Shown one piece after another: positions 38,416 through 48,791 of a stretch of 64,000 bases of DNA (the stretch's first letter is position 1; every line of letters begins with the position of its first letter). A model generated the notes under the pieces. It saw only the letters and a program-made list of their open reading frames with translations. It was not told the origin of the DNA and ran no database searches. This DNA comes from an uncultured Candidatus Saccharibacteria bacterium (GTDB lineage Bacteria > Patescibacteriota > Minisyncoccia > Phycocordibacterales > PALSA-1337): the NCBI GenBank assembly GCA_964468845.1, contig CAYXWP010000001.1, positions 6,411 to 70,410 on the forward strand, read 5' to 3'. A program made the position numbers and the translations under genes.

Positions 38416-38683
38416 AGATAATTAAACGCTTCTTAAGTATGAGAGAAATTAGAAATAAAACAATACTGACAAGAGTAAAAATGTAATTTATATTCCAAAA
38501 GCTAGGTAGTGGTATGGCGTATAGAGCATCATATAAAATTCCCCATGCAATTATTTCAAAATAAATTGGGAAATAAAAAAGAAAAATTATTGATAGAGAC
38601 CACGTAAGCCACCAATATCCCCACAAAATAGAACACAAAACTAATATTCCAAATATAATTCTAATTTGATTTTGTCTTTTCAT
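38405..38683 (-). CDS. Small membrane protein at the mreD position
   Basis: 92 aa, hydrophobic, GILYD motif; between mreC and mrdA. Confidence 0.6.
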   Translation of the reverse strand: MKRQNQIRIIFGILVLCSILWGYWWLTWSLSIIFLFYFPIYFEIIAWGILYDALYAIPLPSFWNINYIFTLVSIVLFLISLILKKRLIIYES

Positions 38684-39407
38684 AGATTTGAACCCATTTC
38701 TGTTCGTAAATATTTATTGGCTGAGAAAATATTATTGTCGAAAACGCACGAGCTGGATCCGCGATAACCTTACTGACAATTCCAAAAACAGAACTAGAAA
38801 TATTCGGAATGATAATTGTATCACCTTCTGAGACCTTTACATCTCTTGGAATTATTGTTTCAAACAAGCCGCCACCACGGCCAACTGCTGTCGCTTGAAT
38901 ATTTTGCTCACCAATTAAAACATCATATTTTTCTCCATATGTTGAATATAATTTTACTTTTGAAGTATTAGAAAATACCTCTTCAGTTTCTCCAATCAAT
39001 ATATTTCCTAACACATATACCCCATCGCCCTTTTCGACTCTATCATTTGAACCAACATCCAAAATAAAGGAATCATAGGCTGTAAATGGTGGTTTTTTCA
39101 AGACATAAGCAAGTACAAGATTCTTTGAAACGGCACGATTCATTATTTCCTTCAATTCAAAATTCTCCTTTGTAAGCTCAGAAATTATCATGTCTTTCGT
39201 ATTATCAGGAAGCTGATTCAGACTAGGTCTATTTCCAGAATTAATATTCCAAACTGGGCTTACAATAGTTGTAATTATTGAAGACAAAAAAGTTGGAGCA
39301 GCGAAATGTAGTAACACAAGCACAAGAACAATCACACCAACAACCTTTATTGGCCAAAAAATTTTTCTTTTGTGAATACTACTTCTGAGCACGTAATTCA
39401 TCTTCAT
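38661..39407 (-). CDS. mreC: Rod shape-determining protein MreC
   Basis: TM, EN.ELK coil, ILDVGS, V.EGD; follows mreB. Confidence 0.85.
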   Translation of the reverse strand: MKMNYVLRSSIHKRKIFWPIKVVGVIVLVLVLLHFAAPTFLSSIITTIVSPVWNINSGNRPSLNQLPDNTKDMIISELTKENFELKEIMNRAVSKNLVLAYVLKKPPFTAYDSFILDVGSNDRVEKGDGVYVLGNILIGETEEVFSNTSKVKLYSTYGEKYDVLIGEQNIQATAVGRGGGLFETIIPRDVKVSEGDTIIIPNISSSVFGIVSKVIADPARAFSTIIFSQPINIYEQKWVQIYEKTKSN

Positions 39408-40443
39408 TTTGTATTAATACACCAGAATACTTTTCTAATTCTTCAAGAATAATGCCTGTTCCACGAGCAACGGCAGTCAATGGATCTTCAGAAATATAAA
39501 CAGGAATTTTAAGTGTTGAAGTTAAGAGCTCATCTAAACCTTTTATCAAAGCTCCACCACCAATTAAATGTATTCCTCTGTGCATTATGTCAGAGAGTAT
39601 TTCAGGGGGAGTAGATTCTAGAACCTCTTTTGAAGATTCGACTAGAGTATCTATGGATGAGGACATGGCTTCGCGCATATCCGAATCTGTAATAACCACT
39701 TCTCTTGGCAAACCAGTAATCAAGTCTCTTCCGCGAATTGTTGTTTCAAGAGATTCACCTGGTATAACCGCACCAACGGCAATTTTTATAAACTCAGCAG
39801 TTTTTTCGCCAATCAAAATTTTAAATTCATTTCTAATGTATGACATTATGTCATTATTAAGTTTGTCACCAGCAATTTTAATATTTTTTGAACGGACAAT
39901 TCCGCCAAGAGAAATTATTGCAATATCTGTTGTGCCACCACCGATATCAATAATCATACTTCCGATCGGTTCATGTATTGGCAAACGTATTCCGATAGCA
40001 CCTGCCATTGGCTCTTCGACAATATACACTTCTCTTGCTCCAGCGTTTTTCGTTGCATCTCTCACTGCACGAATCTCAACGTTCGTAACTCCAGACGGCA
40101 CTCCGACAACAACTCTTGGTCCCAACATTTTCTTTGAATATTGTTCTGCCTTTTTTATCAAATATGAAATCATTTCTTCAGTAACTTCAAAATCAGAAAT
40201 AACTCCATCGACAAGAGGTCTTATCGCAACAATGTGAGATGGTGTTCTGCCAAGCATATTTTTTGCCTCTGTTCCCACGGCGACAACACGACCAGTTTTC
40301 TGGTTCACGGCTACGACAGATGGCTCAGTGACAACGATTCCATGCCCACGAAGATAGACTAGAGTATTTGCAGTACCGAGGTCAATTCCAATGTCATTTG
40401 ACATATATCTATACATCTTTTCCTTGAAATCTTTCATAGGCAT
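39379..40443 (-). CDS. mreB: Rod shape-determining protein MreB
   Basis: IGIDLGTANT, EPSVVA, EEPMAGAIG, DIGGGTTD, GGGAL. Confidence 0.97.
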   Translation of the reverse strand: MPMKDFKEKMYRYMSNDIGIDLGTANTLVYLRGHGIVVTEPSVVAVNQKTGRVVAVGTEAKNMLGRTPSHIVAIRPLVDGVISDFEVTEEMISYLIKKAEQYSKKMLGPRVVVGVPSGVTNVEIRAVRDATKNAGAREVYIVEEPMAGAIGIRLPIHEPIGSMIIDIGGGTTDIAIISLGGIVRSKNIKIAGDKLNNDIMSYIRNEFKILIGEKTAEFIKIAVGAVIPGESLETTIRGRDLITGLPREVVITDSDMREAMSSSIDTLVESSKEVLESTPPEILSDIMHRGIHLIGGGALIKGLDELLTSTLKIPVYISEDPLTAVARGTGIILEELEKYSGVLIQNEDELRAQK

Positions 40444-40529
40444 ACATTACCATAAAAAATAGTTTTTTGTAATAAAAAGAGCCGGAAATTCCCCAGCTCA
40501 ATGAAAAACAAACTTTCCTTCACACACCC

Positions 40530-40763
40530 TCAGTCCGCCACCTCTCGGTAATCCCCTTTATTCAGATTCACGACCACGGGGCAAGCATCATCAACATCCC
40601 TTCGAGGGTCAAGGGAAACCTTGATAGTTCGATCCGGATTGCGAATCATGAACATTCCTCTTGAATCAACTGGGAATGTCGCTCCAGCCTTGTGTGGGTG
40701 AGGGATTGCCTTTGTGAGTCGAATGATCACTGCTTTCTTAACTACACGTTGTCTTATTGGCAT
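40530..40763 (-). CDS. Small hypothetical protein (single-gene unit)
   Basis: 77 aa from ATG 40763 with GAAGGA SD; hairpin and T-tract at about 40474-40500. Confidence 0.55.
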   Translation of the reverse strand: MPIRQRVVKKAVIIRLTKAIPHPHKAGATFPVDSRGMFMIRNPDRTIKVSLDPRRDVDDACPVVVNLNKGDYREVAD

Positions 40764-40869
40764 GTGGTTTCCTTCGTTTGAACGGTTGGATGTTTTACTA
40801 CAGAAAATCTGACCCCAAAATCTGGGGTAATTTATACACCAAAATACCACCTTGCGCAACAAATTTTCA

Positions 40870-41145
40870 CTAAGCGGCCATCTTTTTCTCGTATAACATA
40901 TCTTTAATTTTGGCAATATAACTTTCACGATTACTCAACATGTACTCACTCGCAAGTTGAGGGTTATTATTAAATAGTTCAATTAGTTTATTTTCGTGTT
41001 CATTATGCCAATTTTCTATTTGCTCATCGCTTACATCATTAGTACCAAAGAAATCCTTTAATAAATCCATTTTTACCAGCGTCCTTATATTCTCAAATGA
41101 TTTCTCAATTTCTCCCGCTTGATCTACAAAATTCCTCTCGTTCAT
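40870..41145 (-). CDS. Hypothetical protein
   Basis: 91-aa ORF after proS. Confidence 0.6.
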   Translation of the reverse strand: MNERNFVDQAGEIEKSFENIRTLVKMDLLKDFFGTNDVSDEQIENWHNEHENKLIELFNNNPQLASEYMLSNRESYIAKIKDMLYEKKMAA

Positions 41146-41189
41146 AAAATTTAATTTATTAAATATTAATTGTAACTTACTACTAATTT

Positions 41190-42437
41190 TTAAAACCCTT
41201 TTATAACCTCGGATATTTCTTTCATTTCTACCCTACCGTCTAGCCTACATTTAACCTCCACCTTTCCTTCAGCCAAAGTTTTTTCACTAATAACAAATCG
41301 TACCGGGATACCAATAAGATCACTATCTGCAAATTTCTCTCCAGCGCGCATATCTCTGTTATCATAAAGCACCTCAACACCTTTCTTCGTCAGTTCAGCA
41401 TAAAGTGTATCTGCTTCTTTTTTTACTTTCCCTTCCTTGTCCTCGATAGAAATAAGATGAATAGCAAAGGGCGAAATAGATTCTGGCCAAACAAGACCCT
41501 TATCATCTGAAAGAATTTCTGCAACAGTTCCCATAAGTCTTCCGGGACCAATGCCGTAACTTCCCATTATTACTTTTTGTTTTTCACCTTTTTCATCAGA
41601 ATATGTAAGATCTAGAGCATCAGAAAATTTAGTGCCGAGATTAAATATGTTTCCAACCTCCACAGCTTTCTTCTCAATCAAATCTTCTCTTTTTAATCCC
41701 AAATCATTCAGAACCTCATCATTCAAAACTTCCTTATTTATAGCGATCTTTTTACTCTCATCAACAAAAATACTGTCTTCACCTGCGTCGGTTACCGTTT
41801 GGAATTCATGTGAGTATTTCGAAAATGTACCGCCAGAAGAAAAGGTTATATATGTTATATTTCCAAGTCCAGCTCTATTATATATATTTAAATATGCTTG
41901 CTTGGCTCTGTCATAAAATGCGTCATGCTCTTTTTCATCTCGTGAAAATGAATACAAATCTTTCATCAAAAATTCTCTACATCTCATTATTCCTGATTTT
42001 GCCCTTATTTCATTTCGGAATTTTGTTTGAAATTGATAAGCGTAAACAGGAAGATCCCTGTAAGATCGAATGTAATCCTTCATAAGATTAGTAATTTCCT
42101 CTTCATGGGTTGTGCCAAGACCAACCTCTGTTCCATTTTTAAATGTCGTCTTAAACCAAATATCTACAACGTCATCTGACCAACGGTTCGTCTTCTCCCA
42201 AAGATTTTTATCCTGCAATGCAGTCAACGAAATCTCCTGTCCTCCAATAGCATTCATTTCCTCTCGAATTATTCCAATAATCTTATTCATCACCCTCAAA
42301 CCAAGTGGTAAATATGAATAGACACCTGCCATTTCTTTATGGATAAAACCAGCACGAATTAGAAGTTGTGCATTTTTTGACACCTCGTCTTTTGGCGCAT
42401 CTTTGCGAGTCTTTGTAAATAATTGTGACTGATACAT
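41190..42437 (-). CDS. proS: Proline--tRNA ligase (short form without editing domain)
   Basis: LLIRAGFI, GTTHEE, KFRNE.R...G.MR.REF.MKD.YSF, EVGNIF.LG, GEKFADSDLIGIP. Confidence 0.95.
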   Translation of the reverse strand: MYQSQLFTKTRKDAPKDEVSKNAQLLIRAGFIHKEMAGVYSYLPLGLRVMNKIIGIIREEMNAIGGQEISLTALQDKNLWEKTNRWSDDVVDIWFKTTFKNGTEVGLGTTHEEEITNLMKDYIRSYRDLPVYAYQFQTKFRNEIRAKSGIMRCREFLMKDLYSFSRDEKEHDAFYDRAKQAYLNIYNRAGLGNITYITFSSGGTFSKYSHEFQTVTDAGEDSIFVDESKKIAINKEVLNDEVLNDLGLKREDLIEKKAVEVGNIFNLGTKFSDALDLTYSDEKGEKQKVIMGSYGIGPGRLMGTVAEILSDDKGLVWPESISPFAIHLISIEDKEGKVKKEADTLYAELTKKGVEVLYDNRDMRAGEKFADSDLIGIPVRFVISEKTLAEGKVEVKCRLDGRVEMKEISEVIKGF

Positions 42438-42455
42438 AGATATTATTTAATAATT

Positions 42456-42875
42456 TTATTTCACGGCTTCAATCTTAGCTGCTTCAATTGGATTCGCCAA
42501 TGTATGCTTCATTTCCTCAACCATTTGATCCAAACTATAATTTGTCTTTATAAGATATCCTGAAGCATTATTCGTAACGGCATCAGAAATCGCATCTAGC
42601 TTGTCCACCAAAGTTAACATAATAATCTTTACCTGCTTACCCCATTGGTCTTGTCTTAACCTCTTTAAAACTTCAAGACCATCAATTCCAGGCATAAGTA
42701 AGTCTAGCAAAATAATATCTGGATGGACCGAAAAAGCCTTCTGTATTCCCTCTTCTCCATTTGTCGCTCCTATGGCTTCAAACCCAGAAATATTCAATTT
42801 ACTCACAAGGACAGTGTTCAAATTTACATCATCATCAATGACTAATATTTTTTTCTTATTACTAGGATTATCCAT
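42456..42875 (-). CDS. Stand-alone response regulator receiver protein
   Basis: ILVIDDD, PDIILLDLLMP..DG, IMLT, YLIK. Confidence 0.92.
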   Translation of the reverse strand: MDNPSNKKKILVIDDDVNLNTVLVSKLNISGFEAIGATNGEEGIQKAFSVHPDIILLDLLMPGIDGLEVLKRLRQDQWGKQVKIIMLTLVDKLDAISDAVTNNASGYLIKTNYSLDQMVEEMKHTLANPIEAAKIEAVK

Positions 42876-42902
42876 GTTATTGATTATATTATTTATATGT
42901 TA

Positions 42903-44201
42903 TTAAAACGTAATGGTAAAAATACTACCCTTATTCTCTTCTGATGAAAAGCGTATATCACCTCCCATTGAAACTATTATTGATTTTACCAGATATAAGC
43001 CCAAACCGGTACCTTGACTACTACTTAATTTCTTAACATTGTCCGCTCTAAAGAGTTTGGAAAATATTCTATCCTGCTGGTCTATAGGTATACCAAAACC
43101 AGTATCCGAAACAACTATTCTCCTCTCATTCGATGATTCTTCAAAATTGATGGAAATCGTACCACCATCTGGAGTATATTTTATTGCGTTTGAAACCAAA
43201 TTTTGTATAACAATACGAAATAGTTTTGGATCGCTCTCTATACTCTCGAACAAACCATTATAATTAACAACCAAATTAATCTTTTTTAAATTAATCTGCA
43301 ATGCAAATTCATTTTTAATACTCTCTAACAAATCCTGTACATTGGTTGGCACTTTTTCAACTGCCAAAGAACCCATTTCAATTCTTGAGATATTCAGTAG
43401 CACATCCACGAGCTCAACCATGTTCTGATTCGCAACATGCAAAACAGTCATGTACTTTTTTTGTTCATCGTTAAGTACACCAATATCTCCAGAAAATAAC
43501 ATATCGGTGTACCATTTTGTTGTGGCAAGTGGAGTTTTCAATTGGTGTGCTGCAAGTGATAAAAACTCCGTCTTTGCTTTTTCGATTAGTTTCTGCTCAG
43601 TAATATCCATAATTACTGCTAGTCCTGTGCTCAAATAACTACCTGGACCTCTCATATCAAAAACGGAAATCATAACTGATCTGACTGTTCCATCTTTTAT
43701 CATCATCTGTACCTCTTTCCTATTTATAGAAACCTTGGACCTAAAGTATGCAAAAAGATCGCCGGCTTTTTCTTTTGAATCATCGGAGACAAAAGAAAAG
43801 AAGTTTTTATTTTCAATATCTTCAGTCAATGAACCAAAAAAACGTAGCGCAGCCTTGTTTGGCTCATGCATATTACCATCACCGTCCAACATTACATATG
43901 GAATAGGTGCACTTTCATATAGTCTTTTGAATTGCTGTTTTGAGAAAGCTAAATCCTTTGTTTCATTCCATATTTCCAAATTAAACCGAGAGTTAAAGGT
44001 TAATAATAAATAAAATATAAATGAAAGTGAAACAGCCACAATAATAAATAAAACAAGAATAATCTTTACGTTCGTCTGTACGTCAACCAATAGAATATCC
44101 AAAATAAAATTACGAGATGCAAATAACACACCAAGAAGTGTAATCAAAAAAATCAAAGAAACAAGCACATGTGTAGAATACAGTTTACCTTGATTTGACA
44201 T
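42903..44201 (-). CDS. PAS-domain sensor histidine kinase
   Basis: Two TM, PAS, AAHQLKTPL H-box, NLVSNAIKY, DTGFGIP, GTGLGL. Confidence 0.93.
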   Translation of the reverse strand: MSNQGKLYSTHVLVSLIFLITLLGVLFASRNFILDILLVDVQTNVKIILVLFIIVAVSLSFIFYLLLTFNSRFNLEIWNETKDLAFSKQQFKRLYESAPIPYVMLDGDGNMHEPNKAALRFFGSLTEDIENKNFFSFVSDDSKEKAGDLFAYFRSKVSINRKEVQMMIKDGTVRSVMISVFDMRGPGSYLSTGLAVIMDITEQKLIEKAKTEFLSLAAHQLKTPLATTKWYTDMLFSGDIGVLNDEQKKYMTVLHVANQNMVELVDVLLNISRIEMGSLAVEKVPTNVQDLLESIKNEFALQINLKKINLVVNYNGLFESIESDPKLFRIVIQNLVSNAIKYTPDGGTISINFEESSNERRIVVSDTGFGIPIDQQDRIFSKLFRADNVKKLSSSQGTGLGLYLVKSIIVSMGGDIRFSSEENKGSIFTITF

Positions 44202-44229
44202 ACCTACATTATATCAGACAATGTAATCA

Positions 44230-44997
44230 CTACCATCCCCAGATATTAGCGGCCTTAAAGATGCCACTCTCAGCAATTGAGCCAGATATCTTTATCTTAT
44301 CAGAAAATTTCAAGCAATCTTCAGTATGCCATTTAGCATCATCAGTTTTAATCACCCACACTCCACCATGGAAATCCAAAAGGGTTATCTTTGTAGTAGA
44401 AGTACTAGGGACCGCGCCAAGATCAGTACATGCTTTTATTCCTTCAATTTCAAGGATTTCCCCACCAAGTAAACCATCCTCTGATCGACTCCATACGGAC
44501 AGTTTAGTATTTGATACCTCGTGATAATATGGGACTTCATTAATAAAAAACCTATCGACATATTCAAACGTATTAGTAAAATAAAATACCACTCCAAGCA
44601 ATATGTACACAGCAATGACAATGTAAGTCACCTGAAAAAACTGTCTATATCCGTATTTTGTTTTTATAAAATCAAAATATGCCAAAACGGCTACAGCCAA
44701 AAATATCGTCAACCAAAACAATAGATCTATAAAATATACAAGATAGCTAAAGACACCTCCAGACTGAAGGGCAACTGCATCATTACTATCGAACAAAGTG
44801 TAGATAAAAACACTTAATGCCAGACTTGCAATTACAACAAGCGAAACACAGAGTACCCAGAAAATCGCCTCATTAACGAAGAAGTGCCATTTAGGTTTAA
44901 CTTTAATTTTCTTGTCAGATATCATTTGCAAAACCTGGGCTTCTACCATGCTTCCGCCCTCGTCTTTTTTCATATCTGTTTTATTTTGTTTGGTCAT
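44230..44997 (-). CDS. Membrane protein, putative anti-sigma factor
   Basis: Overlaps ECF sigma stop codon; three TM segments plus extracytoplasmic domain. Confidence 0.55.
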   Translation of the reverse strand: MTKQNKTDMKKDEGGSMVEAQVLQMISDKKIKVKPKWHFFVNEAIFWVLCVSLVVIASLALSVFIYTLFDSNDAVALQSGGVFSYLVYFIDLLFWLTIFLAVAVLAYFDFIKTKYGYRQFFQVTYIVIAVYILLGVVFYFTNTFEYVDRFFINEVPYYHEVSNTKLSVWSRSEDGLLGGEILEIEGIKACTDLGAVPSTSTTKITLLDFHGGVWVIKTDDAKWHTEDCLKFSDKIKISGSIAESGIFKAANIWGW

Positions 44998-45623
44998 ATG
45001 TCTTTTTTTGTTAAATTATTGCTTCCTGCAAGTTCCTTGAACTCTTTTTTTGCCCTATGCACAAGTATTGCAACAGTTCCCAAGGGAATTTTTAAAATAT
45101 CAGAAATTTCATTATAATCCTTATCCTCTAAATATTTCAAAACCAATACAGCCCTGTACTTTTCCTTCATTTTTAGTAAAACTTGCAATACCTGCTCCTT
45201 TAACATTCTACCATTTGATTCCTCCGCAACATTCACTTTATCATCTGGAATATTCACAAAAAAATCCTCTTCCTCGTCGCTTGAAGCGGTTTTTGGTCTA
45301 ATTTTGAGTTTCCTAATATAATCAATTGTCTCGTTATGAGCAATACGATATATCCAAGAAGAAAATGGTAAGTTTATATCGAAGTTATTTAAATTTCTGT
45401 ACACTTTTATAAAAATATTTTGTAGCAAGTCATCTATTTCAAAAGACGTAGACCTCGCTATCCTGTAAATGTATCTTTCGATACGCGGAGAATACTTGCG
45501 CATTATCTTACCAAATGCCTCTGGCTTTAATAGTGTTTCCGCAACCAAAATTCTATCATCTTCCATGACCTCTAATGTTTTTGAATTTTCATGAAGAATT
45601 GTTAATTTGTCACCCTTTTTCAT
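44994..45623 (-). CDS. ECF RNA polymerase sigma factor (SigW/RpoE-like)
   Basis: DLLQNIFIKVYRNL, FSSWIYRIAHN, Y.EIS.IL.IPLGTV..L.HRA. Confidence 0.93.
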   Translation of the reverse strand: MKKGDKLTILHENSKTLEVMEDDRILVAETLLKPEAFGKIMRKYSPRIERYIYRIARSTSFEIDDLLQNIFIKVYRNLNNFDINLPFSSWIYRIAHNETIDYIRKLKIRPKTASSDEEEDFFVNIPDDKVNVAEESNGRMLKEQVLQVLLKMKEKYRAVLVLKYLEDKDYNEISDILKIPLGTVAILVHRAKKEFKELAGSNNLTKKDI

Positions 45624-45922
45624 AGCAATGATTCAATTATATCACCTTAACTGTGTAATCAGAGTAAACATTATGCGTATATTTGCTTCTTATAGGGCAA
45701 AAAGCCCCGGCATATGTAATGCCTAAAGGGTCACTGTATGATGATACCCCTTTAATTTTGACGGGCTCCAAAAAGATCATTCTATTTATGCTACGTATGA
45801 GTGTGAATATTTCTTTCAATTTGTTAAATTTTGTAAAAAAACAAGTAATTTTCAATCAAAACTTGCTCACTTAAAATATTATCAGCCAAGATAATTATGT
45901 GCTAACTATTTATATTAATTTT

Positions 45923-45954
45923 TGAAAGTTTTTTTTATACCGTCCGTAGTATAA
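45923..45954 (+). promoter_or_regulatory. Candidate ECF-sigma promoter
   Basis: TGAAAG-N16-CGTA, one mismatch to the Bacillus SigW consensus TGAAAC-N16-CGTA. Confidence 0.45.
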
Positions 45955-46090
45955 GCATGAAGAAGTAAAATAAAGTCGAATATTAAACTTCATTACTAGC
46001 ATAATTGTAAAATTTTTAAGTAACTATGATTTAAAAATATAGCAAAACAACAAATAACCAACTAAATGGTTCAAAGAATGTGTATAAAGA

Positions 46091-46130
46091 GAAGTCAGCC
46101 GAAATTTTAATATCGGCTGATTTCTTTTTT
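46091..46130 (+). terminator. Intrinsic terminator
   Basis: GAAGTCAGCCGA/TCGGCTGATTTC stem plus TTTTTT. Confidence 0.75.
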
Positions 46131-46151
46131 CCTCGTACGTGATATATTTAT

Positions 46152-46772
46152 ATGAATGGAAATAGAGAAAAACTCATGATTAGACTGCAAACAAAGAGGA
46201 TAGTAGCTATTTTATTTACATCCATATTGGTACTAGCAATTGCGTCTTTTTTCATATTTAAAAGTAAACCTATAAATATTGATGGGGGTCTTTCAACTAT
46301 TCAACAAGCATCTACAATAACCACATCCCCTGTTATCGTTGTTAAGCCGGCAGGAACAACTACAACTTCCACGTCCAAACAAGCAAAAGTATTGATAGGA
46401 AGTACAAAAATATCCGTAGAGCTTGCGAGGACTACAGCACAGATAAATAAAGGCCTGTCTGGCCGACTTTCACTTGACCCATATAATGGTATGCTTTTTA
46501 TGTTTAGTAAGGCATCTATATACCGTTTCTGGATGCCAGACATGCATTTCCCGCTCGACCTAATTTGGATAAATAATGGTAAGATTGTAGACATATCAGC
46601 GCATGCTTCAAATGATTTTAACCCGACGAACCCTGTGTACTATAGACCGAAAAGCCCAGCCCAATATGTACTAGAGGTGAACGCTGACTTTTGCAAAAAT
46701 CATGGGATAAAAATAGGAGATAAGGTGACATTTGAAAATATCCCCCAGCTTAACAATCTAAGTAATGAATAA
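46152..46772 (+). CDS. DUF192 domain membrane-anchored protein
   Basis: VELA.T....KGLSGR, GMLF.F, FWMPDM.FPLD.IWI, YVLEVNA. Confidence 0.9.
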   Translation: MNGNREKLMIRLQTKRIVAILFTSILVLAIASFFIFKSKPINIDGGLSTIQQASTITTSPVIVVKPAGTTTTSTSKQAKVLIGSTKISVELARTTAQINKGLSGRLSLDPYNGMLFMFSKASIYRFWMPDMHFPLDLIWINNGKIVDISAHASNDFNPTNPVYYRPKSPAQYVLEVNADFCKNHGIKIGDKVTFENIPQLNNLSNE

Positions 46773-47790
46773 TATAGAAATTACAACAATGTATCCCGAG
46801 CAATGGGATAAATTCGTAGAAGAAAATTACCCTGCAGTTGGGGCTTTTATGCAAACATGGGCCTGGGGGGAATTCCAAAAAAAGCTAGGTAGAAATGTAA
46901 ATAGATATTCAGTAATGAATGGCAAAAAAGCTATAGCAGTCTTTACTCTCGTCGAACTAAAATTAAATTTTGGTTTTAAATATGGATATATACCAAGAGG
47001 ACCAGTAATACAGAGGGGTACTAATTCAAAAAAGATAGCTGATATATTTGAATCAATCAAAAAATGGTCTTTAAAAAAATTTCCACAATATATTTTTCTT
47101 CGTCTTGAACCACCAATTTCTTTTTCAAATGAATATATGCGAAATGGTTTCCATTTACCATCATTTTATATTCAGCCAAGACACAATGTTGTTATAGACC
47201 TTACTAAATCTGAGGAAGAAATTCTTGCTTCTTTTCATTCTTCAACCCGATCAAACACAAAGCGTGCAGAAAAGCGTGGAGTAACTGTTGTGGTGAAAGA
47301 CAATATTACCCTAAGCGACTATCAGGCCTTTAAAGAAATGGTGAACGACACTATAGTAAGAAATAACGGCAAAAACGCTTATCCGAGCGACGAATACTTC
47401 CGATTCTTTCTGAAGGAAGTCCCCTTTACTGGATTTTATGGTCTGTGCGATGAAAAACCAGCATCCGTTCATTTTGTACTTTTCTTTGGCAACACAGCGA
47501 CATATCTTTATGGAGCATCCCATACAGCATATTTAAACTCAAAGGTGGATACGTATCTGCATTGGTCCGCAATGCGAGAAGCGAAGCGCAGGGGATGTAA
47601 ATACTATGACTTAGGGGGGATTGATCCTGTACGCTGGCCGGGCCTAACTGCTTACAAAAGACAGTACAAAGGCATGGAATTAGAATACATGGGAAATATT
47701 GATATACCTTTTAAAATAATTCACTATAGGCTATATTCGCTTGCAAGGCTTATAAAAACCAAGATCAGTGAGATGATTACGAAGAAGTAA
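46765..47790 (+). CDS. FemABX family lipid II peptidyltransferase
   Basis: FMQT.AWG.F, YIPRGP, LRLEP, IDL...EE.IL, YLYGAS, YDLGGI. Confidence 0.9.
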   Translation: MNNIEITTMYPEQWDKFVEENYPAVGAFMQTWAWGEFQKKLGRNVNRYSVMNGKKAIAVFTLVELKLNFGFKYGYIPRGPVIQRGTNSKKIADIFESIKKWSLKKFPQYIFLRLEPPISFSNEYMRNGFHLPSFYIQPRHNVVIDLTKSEEEILASFHSSTRSNTKRAEKRGVTVVVKDNITLSDYQAFKEMVNDTIVRNNGKNAYPSDEYFRFFLKEVPFTGFYGLCDEKPASVHFVLFFGNTATYLYGASHTAYLNSKVDTYLHWSAMREAKRRGCKYYDLGGIDPVRWPGLTAYKRQYKGMELEYMGNIDIPFKIIHYRLYSLARLIKTKISEMITKK

Positions 47791-47816
47791 TTTTAAAAAC
47801 CGCCATCATCCCTCCA

Positions 47817-48272
47817 TCACACATGTTTCTCAATATTTTTAAAATCACCAAAAAGACAAATTGGGTCCATTGCGTGTATTTCTTCTAAATAAGCTGACTC
47901 TGTAGGTATGTCATTTGAAAGAAATATCTTTTTATCATTTACATAAGCCATTCCCATTTCCATCAGACAATTCCCTCCAATGTAATTTTTCTTACCTTTC
48001 TTCTCCAAATTTACAATCAAAATGGCATCACTCTCTAATATATGTTTGTAGTGTTGACGAATATAATCATGAGCGCGCTTAAAATCTGCAGTTTCAATTT
48101 GGCTCGCCCCTTCTTCTAAAATCGCCTGAACTTTACCATTTACATGATCCTCGTAATCCTGATGAATCCACCCATTGTAACCAAGTTCGCAAAGCTTATT
48201 CTTACTATCAACCATTTCATTCACAAAACTATTACTTCCTAATACGTATATTTTAGGGGGTTTATTTTTCAT
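47817..48272 (-). CDS. Nucleoside 2-deoxyribosyltransferase-like fold protein
   Basis: IYVLGS, I.ESDAILIVN, YIG.N.LMEMGMA...KKIF. Confidence 0.6.
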   Translation of the reverse strand: MKNKPPKIYVLGSNSFVNEMVDSKNKLCELGYNGWIHQDYEDHVNGKVQAILEEGASQIETADFKRAHDYIRQHYKHILESDAILIVNLEKKGKKNYIGGNCLMEMGMAYVNDKKIFLSNDIPTESAYLEEIHAMDPICLFGDFKNIEKHV

Positions 48273-48306
48273 AACAATATAATAATACAGATGTTATACT
48301 TAAACA

Positions 48307-48780
48307 ATGCAAAAGAAATGTGATCACACAAGTGTAGGAATGCTTGTTTGGAAGGATGAAAAACTTCTATTAATAGAGAGGAGGAAGTTTCCCTTTGGCT
48401 TCGCGATACCTGCTGGACACGTTGATGGGGATTCAACATTTGAGGACGCAGCAATACGAGAACTGAGAGAGGAAGTCGGCTTGGATTCTATCAATTTAGA
48501 ACCTGTTTATGATATAAAAAAAGAAAATCCATGCAGACGCGAGGACGGGACCTGGCATCACTGGAAAATATTTAAAACCGAAATTATTGGAGAGGGGGAA
48601 TTGAAACGTAGTGAAAGCGAGACGAAACAAGCAAATTGGTTTGATAAAGATCAAATACGCGCATTAGCTGAAAAAACTGCGAGATATTTTGATAAAAAAA
48701 TATCTGACGAGGAATGGGAGAAGAGTCCTGGGCTTGAACCAGTGATGTACGAGTTTTTCAAGGAATTAAAAATTATATAG
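48307..48780 (+). CDS. NUDIX hydrolase
   Basis: PAGHVD...FEDAAIRELREEVGL Nudix box. Confidence 0.92.
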   Translation: MQKKCDHTSVGMLVWKDEKLLLIERRKFPFGFAIPAGHVDGDSTFEDAAIRELREEVGLDSINLEPVYDIKKENPCRREDGTWHHWKIFKTEIIGEGELKRSESETKQANWFDKDQIRALAEKTARYFDKKISDEEWEKSPGLEPVMYEFFKELKII

Positions 48781-48791
48781 AAAATATAAAC

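Noticed and set aside
39587-40237. 216-aa plus-strand ORF and similar antisense or alternate-frame ORFs (e.g. 60385-60876, 14979-15461)
   Set aside because: Shadows of well-supported genes on the opposite strand
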